This document shows, piece after piece, positions 53,458 to 61,672 of a stretch of DNA of 64,000 nt. Numbering within the stretch: position 1 is the stretch's first letter; every line of letters begins with the position of its first letter. Origin of the DNA: Myxococcota bacterium (GTDB lineage Bacteria; Myxococcota_A; UBA9160; UBA6930); contig OZ245015.1 of NCBI GenBank assembly GCA_965223705.1, forward strand, positions 3,936,001-4,000,000. Reading direction: 5' to 3'. Position numbers and translations under genes: made by a program. Below the pieces are notes generated by a model, which was given only the letters and a program-made list of their open reading frames with translations, was not told where the DNA came from and did no database searches.

Positions 53458-53706
53458 CTAGTCCTCTCGGATGTAGTAGTTCCTCGGTGTGCCGTCAAAG
53501 CGACCTGTTTTCAGGCAACAGCGCTTGAAAGCGTCGTCCCGAGCCGCAGGGGCACAAGTCTTTTCGCCCGAGCTTTTCGTAAAGCTCCTTGTTCCCGTGG
53601 ACTACTCGGTGGCCTCGTTTGACACGAGTCTCGCTGGGGTAGCCTTTTTCGGCGCTTACTCGTGGTCTCGAAAGCGCGGGAGGTCTTCGTCGGTTGTGCG
53701 TGCCAT
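53458..53706 (-). CDS. Small SEC-C zinc-motif protein interrupted by up to three +1 frameshifts (recoded gene or pseudogene)
   Basis: SD AAGGGAGGT then ATG 53706; joined product [81 protein letters not shown] (81 aa). Confidence 0.7.
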
Positions 53707-53918
53707 GGGGCACCTCCCTTCTCGGGTTGCACCGGATTGGGTGCGGGCCCTCGTGAGTACCCCAGAACGGACGGGGTCGCTACGTAACCGGCGGTAAACG
53801 CCTTCGCCCGGTCGTAGTTCGCGTTAATCTCGTAAGTCTCACGCCATTAATCGTTCAGCGGACGCGTGCCCGTCGGTAGCGCCGAGAACAATCGACAACG
53901 CCACTCAAAGGAGTCACC

Positions 53919-55676
53919 GTGAAGGCTTCAGCTAATTTCGTACGTATCAGCGTTCTGCTGCTGGGCTTGGCAGCCGTGTCTCCGACTGACGCGGCAACGG
54001 ATGTGACGCCCGAGTACGGCGACCTCTCGCTTCCGTCGCACTGGAAGGCGGACGAGCCGGTGGGGGACACCGGAGCCTCGGTCACGAAAGACCAGCTCGA
54101 TGGCGCCGCCTCGGATCCGTCGGCGTGGCTTCACTACTACGGGGACTATCGAGGCTATCGGCACAGCCCGGTGAAGGGTCTCACGCCGGAGACTGCCCGT
54201 CGCCTTCGCCCGCGCTGGGTTCTACCGACCGGGGCCACGGGTCATCTGGCGGTTTCACCCATCTACTTCGATGGAATTCTCTACGCGACGACACCGAGAA
54301 ACCGCCTCTACGCAATCGACGCACGCAGCGGCGAAGTTCTCTGGAGGTACGATCATCCGCAGCCGCCCGACCTTCGGATCTGCTGCGGTGTTCCGAACCG
54401 CGGCGTCGCGATCGCGGGACAGCTCCTCTTCATGGCGACGCTCGATGCCAAGCTTCTGGCCTTCAATCGACGGACCGGGGAGATCGCGTGGCGGGTGACG
54501 ATCGAGGACTACAAGCTCGGGCTTTCGGCCACGGCGGCACCGCTGGTCGTCGACGACCTGGTGTATATCGGCATCGCGGGCGGGGAGTACGGGGTTCGCG
54601 GCTTCTTCGACGCCTACCGCGCGGACTCCGGTGAGCGCGTCTGGCGCCACTACACCGTTCCCGCCGCGGGAGAGCCGGGGGCGGAGACCTGGGGAAATGA
54701 ATCTTATGAATCCGGCGGCGCCGCTGCTTGGACCACCGGGACTTACGACCCGAGTACCGACACGCTGTTCTGGACGACGGGAAACCCTTCGCCGGACTGG
54801 AACGGCGACGTGAGGCCCGGTGACAACCTCTATGCGGATTCGGTTCTAGCCGTCGATCCGCGCACGGGGCAACGCAAATGGCACTTCCAGTTCACGCCGC
54901 ACAACGTGTGGGACTACGACGGGAACACGCAGCTGTTCTTGATCGATGTCGAATTCGAAGGGCGCGAGGTGAAAGCTCTCGCTCAGCCCAATCGCAACGG
55001 ATTCTTCTACCTCCTCGATCGAACGAACGGAGCGTTTCTGCGCGCGACCCCTTACGTCGAGCAGCTCAACTGGGCGAAGAGGCTCGACGAAAACGGCCGA
55101 CCTGAGGTCGATCCGGCGAAAGTCCCCGTCGAGAACCCCACCGAGCGGATCTGCCCCGGCGCGCAAGGTGGCCTCAACGGAGGCTGGACCGCCGCGTACA
55201 ACCCGGCGACAGGCCTCGCTTACGTCCCGACCATCGAAGCCTGCCAAACCATGAACAAGGGCATCGCCGTGAGGATCGAAGGCAACCCCTATATGGGCGG
55301 CGGCTTCAATCCGATCGACGGCAATGCGGGACAATCCTACGGGCGCCTGGTCGCCTACGACCCAGCGTCGGGAACCGTGCGCTGGGCCTACCGCGACCCG
55401 AACCCTCTCATGGGCGGCACGCTCAGCACAGCGGGCGGTCTCGTGGTCACCGGCAATCAGGAAGGGTTCGCCCTCGGCATCGACGCGAAGACCGGCAAAG
55501 AGGTCTGGCGCCATCGCCTCGGTTCTCCGGTACGCAGCCAGCCTGTCGCTTTTGAACTCGATGGCGTGCCGCACCTCGCGATCGGAGCGGGCCAGGAGCC
55601 CCTCTACACCGCGGTTGCCGGAGGGCCTACCCGAGTACCCGAAGGCGGTGCCCTCTACCTGTTTCGGGTGGAGTAG
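53919..55676 (+). CDS. PQQ-dependent alcohol dehydrogenase (methanol/ethanol family)
   Basis: Signal peptide, ICCGVPNRG vicinal Cys, GGEYGVRG, WTTGNPSP, WHFQFTPHNVWDYDG, NRNGFFY, W-repeat propeller. Confidence 0.9.
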   Translation: MKASANFVRISVLLLGLAAVSPTDAATDVTPEYGDLSLPSHWKADEPVGDTGASVTKDQLDGAASDPSAWLHYYGDYRGYRHSPVKGLTPETARRLRPRWVLPTGATGHLAVSPIYFDGILYATTPRNRLYAIDARSGEVLWRYDHPQPPDLRICCGVPNRGVAIAGQLLFMATLDAKLLAFNRRTGEIAWRVTIEDYKLGLSATAAPLVVDDLVYIGIAGGEYGVRGFFDAYRADSGERVWRHYTVPAAGEPGAETWGNESYESGGAAAWTTGTYDPSTDTLFWTTGNPSPDWNGDVRPGDNLYADSVLAVDPRTGQRKWHFQFTPHNVWDYDGNTQLFLIDVEFEGREVKALAQPNRNGFFYLLDRTNGAFLRATPYVEQLNWAKRLDENGRPEVDPAKVPVENPTERICPGAQGGLNGGWTAAYNPATGLAYVPTIEACQTMNKGIAVRIEGNPYMGGGFNPIDGNAGQSYGRLVAYDPASGTVRWAYRDPNPLMGGTLSTAGGLVVTGNQEGFALGIDAKTGKEVWRHRLGSPVRSQPVAFELDGVPHLAIGAGQEPLYTAVAGGPTRVPEGGALYLFRVE

Positions 55677-55734
55677 CGGGGCATCGACCGAGGGCTAGGC
55701 TCTTCGATCCCTTCGCACCAAAGAGAGTTCTCGA

Positions 55735-56178
55735 ATGAAACGTCGACTCGCGTCCACTGGTCTGCTCCTCCTCTCGCTCGGCCTGGCGCCGAGCGCGGGC
55801 TTCGCCCAACCGCCGCAAGGTGTCGATCCCGAGTTGCTGAAGCGACTTCAGGATCCCGAGGCGATGCAGCGCATGGCAGCGGAAGCCGAAGCGGCGCAGA
55901 AGTGCCTCGAAGGCATCGAACGGAAGAAGCTCGAAGCCCTGCGCACGCGGGGCGAAGCGGCTTCTGCGGAAGTCGAGCGACTGTGCGCCGAGGGAAAGAA
56001 GCAGGAGGCGCTCGCCCGCGCGCTCGCCTTGAGCCGGGAGATGCGCGGCGACCCCACGGTCAAGAAGCTGCGCGAGTGCACGAAAGGCATGTCGGCGATG
56101 ATGCAGCGCATGCCTTTGAGCCAGCTACCGGGAGTCCAGGATCGGCCCGATCCCACCGACGACGACATCTGCAGCTGA
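55735..56178 (+). CDS. Secreted helical hypothetical protein
   Basis: Signal peptide ending AGFA; four spaced Cys, ends DDICS. Confidence 0.65.
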   Translation: MKRRLASTGLLLLSLGLAPSAGFAQPPQGVDPELLKRLQDPEAMQRMAAEAEAAQKCLEGIERKKLEALRTRGEAASAEVERLCAEGKKQEALARALALSREMRGDPTVKKLRECTKGMSAMMQRMPLSQLPGVQDRPDPTDDDICS

Positions 56179-56197
56179 GGTTCAAAGGCGGGCGAAG

Positions 56198-56650
56198 ATG
56201 GACGCCGAACAGCTCGACGAATTGAATCGTCGGATCGACGCTTCGTTCGCCCTTCAAGTCGCCTCACCGCCCCTGACCCTCCGAGCCGGCAACGCGATCG
56301 ACAGCTACGAGATCGCGCCCGAATTCGATCCAGAACTCGACCGAGCGGATGGGGCCTACTTCGAATCGCATCACTTCGGCATCCATCATCTCGACCCGGT
56401 TTCGTGGCTCTTCTACTTGCCTCTTCTCCTCAAGTACAGCCTTCTGCAGATGGAGGCAGGGGTGTCGTCGGCCGTGGACACGTTCCTGTTCTCCCTCCGT
56501 CCTCCCGACCGCGACCCTCCGAGGTTTGGAGAACTCTCGGCGGAGCAAAAAGCTGTAGTTGTCGCCGTGCTGGAAGCGATCGGGTACTCCTCGGAGTCTC
56601 GCTATCAAGACGAAGCGCTGACCGCCCTTCAGGAATACTGGTATCTCTAG
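56198..56650 (+). CDS. Hypothetical protein (possibly DUF6714-like)
   Basis: LDPVSWLFYLP motif; fills the gap between neighbours. Confidence 0.55.
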   Translation: MDAEQLDELNRRIDASFALQVASPPLTLRAGNAIDSYEIAPEFDPELDRADGAYFESHHFGIHHLDPVSWLFYLPLLLKYSLLQMEAGVSSAVDTFLFSLRPPDRDPPRFGELSAEQKAVVVAVLEAIGYSSESRYQDEALTALQEYWYL

Positions 56651-57471
56651 GCGTCCGCGCCCCACGCGATTCCATTGCGCAAGAGCTGTAGAAAAGCGTC
56701 GCTCTCCCAGCCGCCTCGAAAGGTCAACGGGGTGCGGCCTTCGGGGTCGATGCTCGCGTCGACAAAGGGCTGCACGTTGCACGCCGGGGCGTGGCAGTGT
56801 CCGAGGGCGATGTACGTGACCGCTCCGCGGCCGGCCCTTCGCGTAAATGCCAGCACCCTTGTTTTTCCGTCCGCTTCAAGGGCCGTGTCCGTGTCGTATG
56901 CGAAGCCAAAGCCTCGGGGCGAAGGATCTTCCGGAAGTTCGCAGGTCAGCAGGATCTCCGTCGCATCCCGATCGAGGAGCTCGATGAGATAGAGCTCGTC
57001 CGCGACCTCGAACGAGTCCGGCAACCCGCGGAGAAGCGGCGAATCGATCTGCGAAACGTCGACCCGGAATTTCCGCAGCGGCGGATGATTCAGGAAGAAG
57101 CCGCCGAGCAGGCGGTGATGATCGAGCTTGACCATCTGCCGGCGTCGGGGGTCGCCGCCGATCTTCGCCGCCTTGCCACCGCTCGTCCCGTGAAGAGCCA
57201 AGTAGCGTCCCCCGGCTTCGAGCCAGCGCTCAAGCGACTCGCACTGGTCGGGGTCAGGGTAAGGCCCCGCCACGTAGCTGATGAGCAGCTGTGTTCCGGG
57301 TAGCCACTTGTCGATGTCGGTAAAGTCATTGGCCGTCGTCGCGGCAACCCGCGGGTTCTCGCCGAGGAGTTCCAGCAGCTGGCGGCGGGCGAAATCCATA
57401 TCGTGGCCCGCGGAGGATCCGGGCGGGAAGCCTCCACAGATGAAATGCGCTCGGATCGGGCTGTCGCTCAT
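56647..57471 (-). CDS. ThuA-like (class I glutamine amidotransferase-fold) protein
   Basis: HDMDFAR, GGRYLALHGT, FLNHPP, DELY, YIALGHCH. Confidence 0.8.
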   Translation of the reverse strand: MSDSPIRAHFICGGFPPGSSAGHDMDFARRQLLELLGENPRVAATTANDFTDIDKWLPGTQLLISYVAGPYPDPDQCESLERWLEAGGRYLALHGTSGGKAAKIGGDPRRRQMVKLDHHRLLGGFFLNHPPLRKFRVDVSQIDSPLLRGLPDSFEVADELYLIELLDRDATEILLTCELPEDPSPRGFGFAYDTDTALEADGKTRVLAFTRRAGRGAVTYIALGHCHAPACNVQPFVDASIDPEGRTPLTFRGGWESDAFLQLLRNGIAWGADA

Positions 57472-57500
57472 GGTGTCCGCCTATTTCGTGCAGCGACGGC

Positions 57501-58388
57501 TTAGCGCGGTGGGCCGGCATCGATCAGCGCGCGCACTTCCCCGAAGCTCTCGGGGCGTCCATCGATCCATTCGAGCCACCAGGTCGCACCGATTTCTCGA
57601 TAGGACTCGACCAGCTGCGCCGGGCTTCCGGAGCTGCTCCGCGCGCGGCCCGTCGCGACGAGGTCGAAACCGTCGAGGCCGCCGCGAAGATCTGAGATGG
57701 TTTCCCCGACGGCTCTGAGATCCTCGGGCGAGAGCCACCACTGGCTCCAGTCGATTTCGGCCATCGTGAAGCCGCCGGGCGGGGGGGCGTCCGGGAAACG
57801 GATCGGAAAGACGCCTTCGCAGCGCGCGGCACGCTTCACGCCGGGCAGCGCCGGCCACACGGCGGCCGCCCAGATCGGCGGACGCGGACGCTGTCGAGGA
57901 GGCGGCGCGAGCAGCGCGTTCTCTACACGGTAGTGCGACCCCTGGTGCGAGTAGGGCTTCCCGGCTTCGAGCAGCGCTCCGAGGATTTCAAGACCTTCGT
58001 TCAGCTTTTCGGCGCGGGTCTTCGCGCTTCCGTCCTCGCCAAACGCCTCGAACTCGAGTTCCGGCGGCTCGCCGAGTCCAACGCCGAAAATGACTCGGCC
58101 GTCACTCAAGTGATCAAGAGTCGAAACTTCCTTGGCCACTTTCCAAGGTCGGCGCCGGGCGAGGGGCGTAATCATCGGGCCGATCGAGAGCCGCTCGGTC
58201 GTTGCGGCGATGGCCGACAAAACAACGGTCGCATCGCAAATCGGAAGGTTCCCATCCGGTTCGAGGACGAGGTGGTCCCAGACGAAATAGCCGTCCCAGC
58301 CGGCGGCCTCAGCAGCACCCGCGAGCTCGATTTGTTTCGCGGGGTCGGCGAAGTCGTGGAACGTCGGGATGTAGATGCCGTACTTCAT
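57501..58388 (-). CDS. Luciferase-like (LLM) flavin oxidoreductase
   Basis: AEAAGWDGYFVWDH, ITPLARRRPWKVA, LDHLSDGRVIFGVGLG. Confidence 0.88.
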   Translation of the reverse strand: MKYGIYIPTFHDFADPAKQIELAGAAEAAGWDGYFVWDHLVLEPDGNLPICDATVVLSAIAATTERLSIGPMITPLARRRPWKVAKEVSTLDHLSDGRVIFGVGLGEPPELEFEAFGEDGSAKTRAEKLNEGLEILGALLEAGKPYSHQGSHYRVENALLAPPPRQRPRPPIWAAAVWPALPGVKRAARCEGVFPIRFPDAPPPGGFTMAEIDWSQWWLSPEDLRAVGETISDLRGGLDGFDLVATGRARSSSGSPAQLVESYREIGATWWLEWIDGRPESFGEVRALIDAGPPR

Positions 58389-58474
58389 CGCACCAGGGTA
58401 ACGTCTATCCGTGTCGGGCACCCCGTGCGGGTGCGTTCGATTCTCAGGCAACCGGCCGACCGGGGAGTGACGCG

Positions 58475-59059
58475 GTGAACACGAATCGAATGATCGCCTT
58501 CGGCTTGACCGGTGGCATGCTCATCGCGACAACGCTCCTTGTTGTCGACCGCGGTGGTCTCCTAGCCTGGGTCGGGATTGTCCTCGGCTCTCTACTCTTT
58601 CTGAAGTTCCTGCGGCGTCCGTCGCCACGAGACGCCGCGCTCGCCGCAGCCCTGCTCGGCATCTGGGCCGCCGCCTGGGGCGCCACTTGGATGTACGTCG
58701 TGTCGACGTGGGAATCGGGAGAAGTCGTCCAGATCGACGTCGCCGACGAGCACACCGCTCGGGTGTGGGTGCTCGACACGGACGACGGGCCCGTCATGTA
58801 CTACGACGCTCCTCCCGATGTCGCGAGCTCCCTCCTCGCGGGCGCGTCCTTGTCGGTGACGCGCGATGGCCGCGTCGAGGACGCGTGCGCGTCCGCTTCT
58901 CGTGTGGAGGAGCTTCCTGAGGAGCGAATCCAGGGATTGCTCGAGGCGATGGAAGAAAAATACGGAAGCCGCAACAGGGCGACGGACGTCTTCTATGCCC
59001 TGATCGGGGTCAAGCGAAACCGAGTCGGTCTCGTGGTCACCGTGGTTCCCTGCGAATGA
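58475..59059 (+). CDS. Hypothetical membrane protein
   Basis: Three hydrophobic segments then ESGEVV...VWVLD...KYG soluble domain. Confidence 0.6.
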   Translation: MNTNRMIAFGLTGGMLIATTLLVVDRGGLLAWVGIVLGSLLFLKFLRRPSPRDAALAAALLGIWAAAWGATWMYVVSTWESGEVVQIDVADEHTARVWVLDTDDGPVMYYDAPPDVASSLLAGASLSVTRDGRVEDACASASRVEELPEERIQGLLEAMEEKYGSRNRATDVFYALIGVKRNRVGLVVTVVPCE

Positions 59060-59445
59060 CGCCCGAATGGGAGACCGCAGCCAAGACCGGCGACTCCGGC
59101 GCGATTCGCACTTTATTGGAGAAAGGCGCCGATCCGAACGTCCGCAATTCGGACAACCAGACCGCGCTGATGCTAGTGGCACACGCAGGCCACTTTGAAC
59201 CGACCTCGCTGCTCCTGAGAGCCGGCGCCGACTTGGATGCAACCGCGAAGTTCGGGCTCAGCGCGACGATGCTGGCGGTGGTCGCCGGTCACGAAGACAT
59301 CGCGCTGCTGTTGGCGAGAGCGGGAGCAGATCTCAGCGTGCAAGGGACGGGCGCTCCGGGATTCGCCGGAAAAACCGCCTCGGATCTGGCGCGCGAGAAA
59401 GGCTTCGCGAGGCTCGCTGATGAGCTCGACCCGACCCGGCCGTAA
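59056..59445 (+). CDS. Ankyrin repeat protein
   Basis: LLEKGADPN, QTALMLVAHAGH, LLRAGADLD, GKTASDLA. Confidence 0.85.
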   Translation: MTPEWETAAKTGDSGAIRTLLEKGADPNVRNSDNQTALMLVAHAGHFEPTSLLLRAGADLDATAKFGLSATMLAVVAGHEDIALLLARAGADLSVQGTGAPGFAGKTASDLAREKGFARLADELDPTRP

Positions 59446-59451
59446 GGAGTG

Positions 59452-59742
59452 TCAGTACGCCCGGTCGAGCGTCTCGCAGCGGCTCGAGTCGATCGCGCTG
59501 CGAATCGATAAGTAGGGCCAGCCGTAGATCGGAATGAATCCCAGCCAGAACTTGTTCGGCGGCGCGTTCTCGATTGAGCCCCAACCTTTCAGGTACCACT
59601 CGCCGAGGCCCGCATGAACCACCGAGAAAACCGCAGCCAGCTGAGAGCTGCGCCCCCCGGCACAGACTCGGGCGTCGGCTGGATCCGCGATCGCCGAAAG
59701 CGCAAGTAAGGCGGCGGCTGCAATCGAAATGCCTCGCATCAT
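59452..59742 (-). CDS. Small secreted/membrane hypothetical protein
   Basis: GGGAGA SD, signal peptide ending ADA, hydrophobic core. Confidence 0.55.
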   Translation of the reverse strand: MMRGISIAAAALLALSAIADPADARVCAGGRSSQLAAVFSVVHAGLGEWYLKGWGSIENAPPNKFWLGFIPIYGWPYLSIRSAIDSSRCETLDRAY

Positions 59743-59869
59743 TCGTCTCCCTTTCGCACGGGCATCCGTCCGTTGACCGGCGCGTAGGAGATGAGCCTAA
59801 CCATCCTGTGCCGGCCCGTCACAGATCGAGATCACAAAAGCGCTTTTGCAAGTTCGCTAGCCTTCTCGC

Positions 59870-60352
59870 GTGAGCCTGCAAGATCTCGGAGCGATTGGAG
59901 AAGTCGTCGGAGCCATCGCGGTCGTCGTGTCGTTGATCTACGTCGCGCACCAGATTCGACAAAGCTCCGAACATCTAGAAGTGAATTCCCAGCACGTTCG
60001 CGCCTCCATGTACCACGCGACGAACGACAACTTTATGCGTTGGTTCGGTCTCCTCGCACAGGATAAGGGGCTCGCGTCGCTCTGGATTCGAGGTCTGCAG
60101 GGCGAAGGGCTATCCCCCGAAGAAACCGTACGTTTCAACGCGACCGCGTCCATGTTCTTCATGTCTCTCGAGAGCAACTTCGAGCAAGCGAGGCTGGGTA
60201 CGATCGAACGCGAGACCCTGGAGCTCACGCGCCCGTTCATCGCAAGAATTTTATCCTGCCCGGCGGGCCAGGAGTGGTGGTCTCGCCAGGCCGTCATCAC
60301 CTTGACGTCCGAGTTTCGCGCCACCATTGACCAGCTGGTCGCAGACGGTTGA
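59870..60352 (+). CDS. Hypothetical protein with N-terminal TM anchor
   Basis: MSLQDLGAIGEVVGAIAVVVSLIYVAHQIRQ...WW...EF pattern. Confidence 0.7.
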   Translation: MSLQDLGAIGEVVGAIAVVVSLIYVAHQIRQSSEHLEVNSQHVRASMYHATNDNFMRWFGLLAQDKGLASLWIRGLQGEGLSPEETVRFNATASMFFMSLESNFEQARLGTIERETLELTRPFIARILSCPAGQEWWSRQAVITLTSEFRATIDQLVADG

Positions 60353-60359
60353 AAAACCC

Positions 60360-60983
60360 ATGGCGTCGGAATCCGACTCGCTCCTCGAGGTTTGGTTCGG
60401 GGACGATCTCGACATTCGGGAAACGGTGGTCGCGCGCGTGCGCACGTGGTTCGAAGGAGGCGCGGCGTTTGACGAAGCGCTGAAACGCCGGTTCGGCTCG
60501 CTCCCCGACCGCGCGCTACGCGGAGAATTCGCCGCATGGCGCGAGACGCCGCGTCAAACGGTCGCGTTGGTGCTCGCGCTCGACCAGCTTCCCCGGAACC
60601 TGTTCCGCGACACCGGCCGAGCGTTCGCTTATGACACCGCGGCCGTCGATACGACCCGCTGGGCGATCTCGCACGAGATGGACGAGCAGGTTCACCCGGT
60701 GGAAGCCGCTTTTTTCTACTTTCCGTTGGAGCACGCTGAGGATATCGATCTGCAGACCCAGTGCGTCTCCCTATTCCGGAGGCTCACCGACCGCGCGCCG
60801 AGTTCCCTGCGTGACGTATTTGAATCTTTTGAGTCGTTCGCGGAACGGCACCGCGGTGTGATCGAACGGTTCGGCCGGTTTCCTCACCGTAACGAGCTCC
60901 TCGGCCGCGTCTCGACGCCCGAGGAGTCTCGCTATCTGCGCGAGGGCGGCGAAACGTTCGGGGGAAGCGAGGCCGAGAAATGA
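60360..60983 (+). CDS. DUF924 family protein
   Basis: LDQLPRNLFR, FFYFPLEHAED, RFGRFPHRNELLGR.STPEE. Confidence 0.88.
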   Translation: MASESDSLLEVWFGDDLDIRETVVARVRTWFEGGAAFDEALKRRFGSLPDRALRGEFAAWRETPRQTVALVLALDQLPRNLFRDTGRAFAYDTAAVDTTRWAISHEMDEQVHPVEAAFFYFPLEHAEDIDLQTQCVSLFRRLTDRAPSSLRDVFESFESFAERHRGVIERFGRFPHRNELLGRVSTPEESRYLREGGETFGGSEAEK

Positions 60984-60998
60984 GTTTCGCGCGGCCTG

Positions 60999-61514
60999 CT
61001 AGAGCGCGGCGAGGATGTCGGCCTCGCTCACCTTACCGGCGCCGCGTGTGAGCTCTGTTCCCTCGGCGCTATAGAGAACCCAAGCCGGCTGCTTGTTCAC
61101 CGCGAACGCCTGCCAGCCACCGCGGGATTCGTCGTAGAAGTTCCTGAAGGTGAGCTTGTGGTCGTCGACAAACTCGAGGCCCTCCGGAAGCGAGGCGCCC
61201 CCGCCGAAGCCGACGATGTCGAACTGGTTCTGCTTCTTGGCCATCGCTTCCATGCCGGGAGCCTCCCGGGCACAGGAGCCTCACCACGGCGCCCAGAACC
61301 ACACGAGTAGCGGCTTGCCGTTCGGCAAAGCCGCAGCCGAAACGCTCCCGCCTCCCAGTTGCTCGAGTTCGATATCGGGCAGTCCGGGAGCCTGAGACAC
61401 CTCCGAAGCCGCCTGCTCGCCCGCTTCGTCAGCCGCGGCGCAACCGAACCCGACACCCGATGTCGCGATCAGGCACGCTGCGGCGTAAGCCCATAGAATT
61501 CTTCGCGTCGTCAT
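60999..61514 (-). CDS. TlpA/thioredoxin-like exported redoxin, putative selenoprotein (UxxC)
   Basis: ORFs 61281.. and 60999..61253 are in one frame separated by a single TGA (61281-61283): KPLLVWFWAPW-U-GSCAREAP; later QP cis-Pro motif. Confidence 0.8.
61250..61275 (-). promoter_or_regulatory. Putative bacterial SECIS hairpin
   Basis: CUGUGC-C-CGGGA-GGC-UCCCG-GCAUGG; G-containing apical loop about 17 nt 3' of the UGA. Confidence 0.6.
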
Positions 61515-61672
61515 TTTGAAGATCGTAGGCATCCCGCGCCGTAGGGCAAGGCACAAGCAGCGGGCGCGCTGTCGATCGGCAATGTGCGCAGCCGACGTGT
61601 AGAACCGTCCCTTTTCGCTCTCGTGAGCTGGATCACGGTCCGAAAGAATCCTCAACCCGAGAGGAGCGCCCC

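Noticed and set aside
53495..53713. 72-aa ORF-track call as the complete SEC-C gene
   Set aside because: Its GTG start lies within the SD of ATG 53706 and the product lacks the final KxCC ligands, which are in the next frame; kept only as one segment of the frameshifted gene
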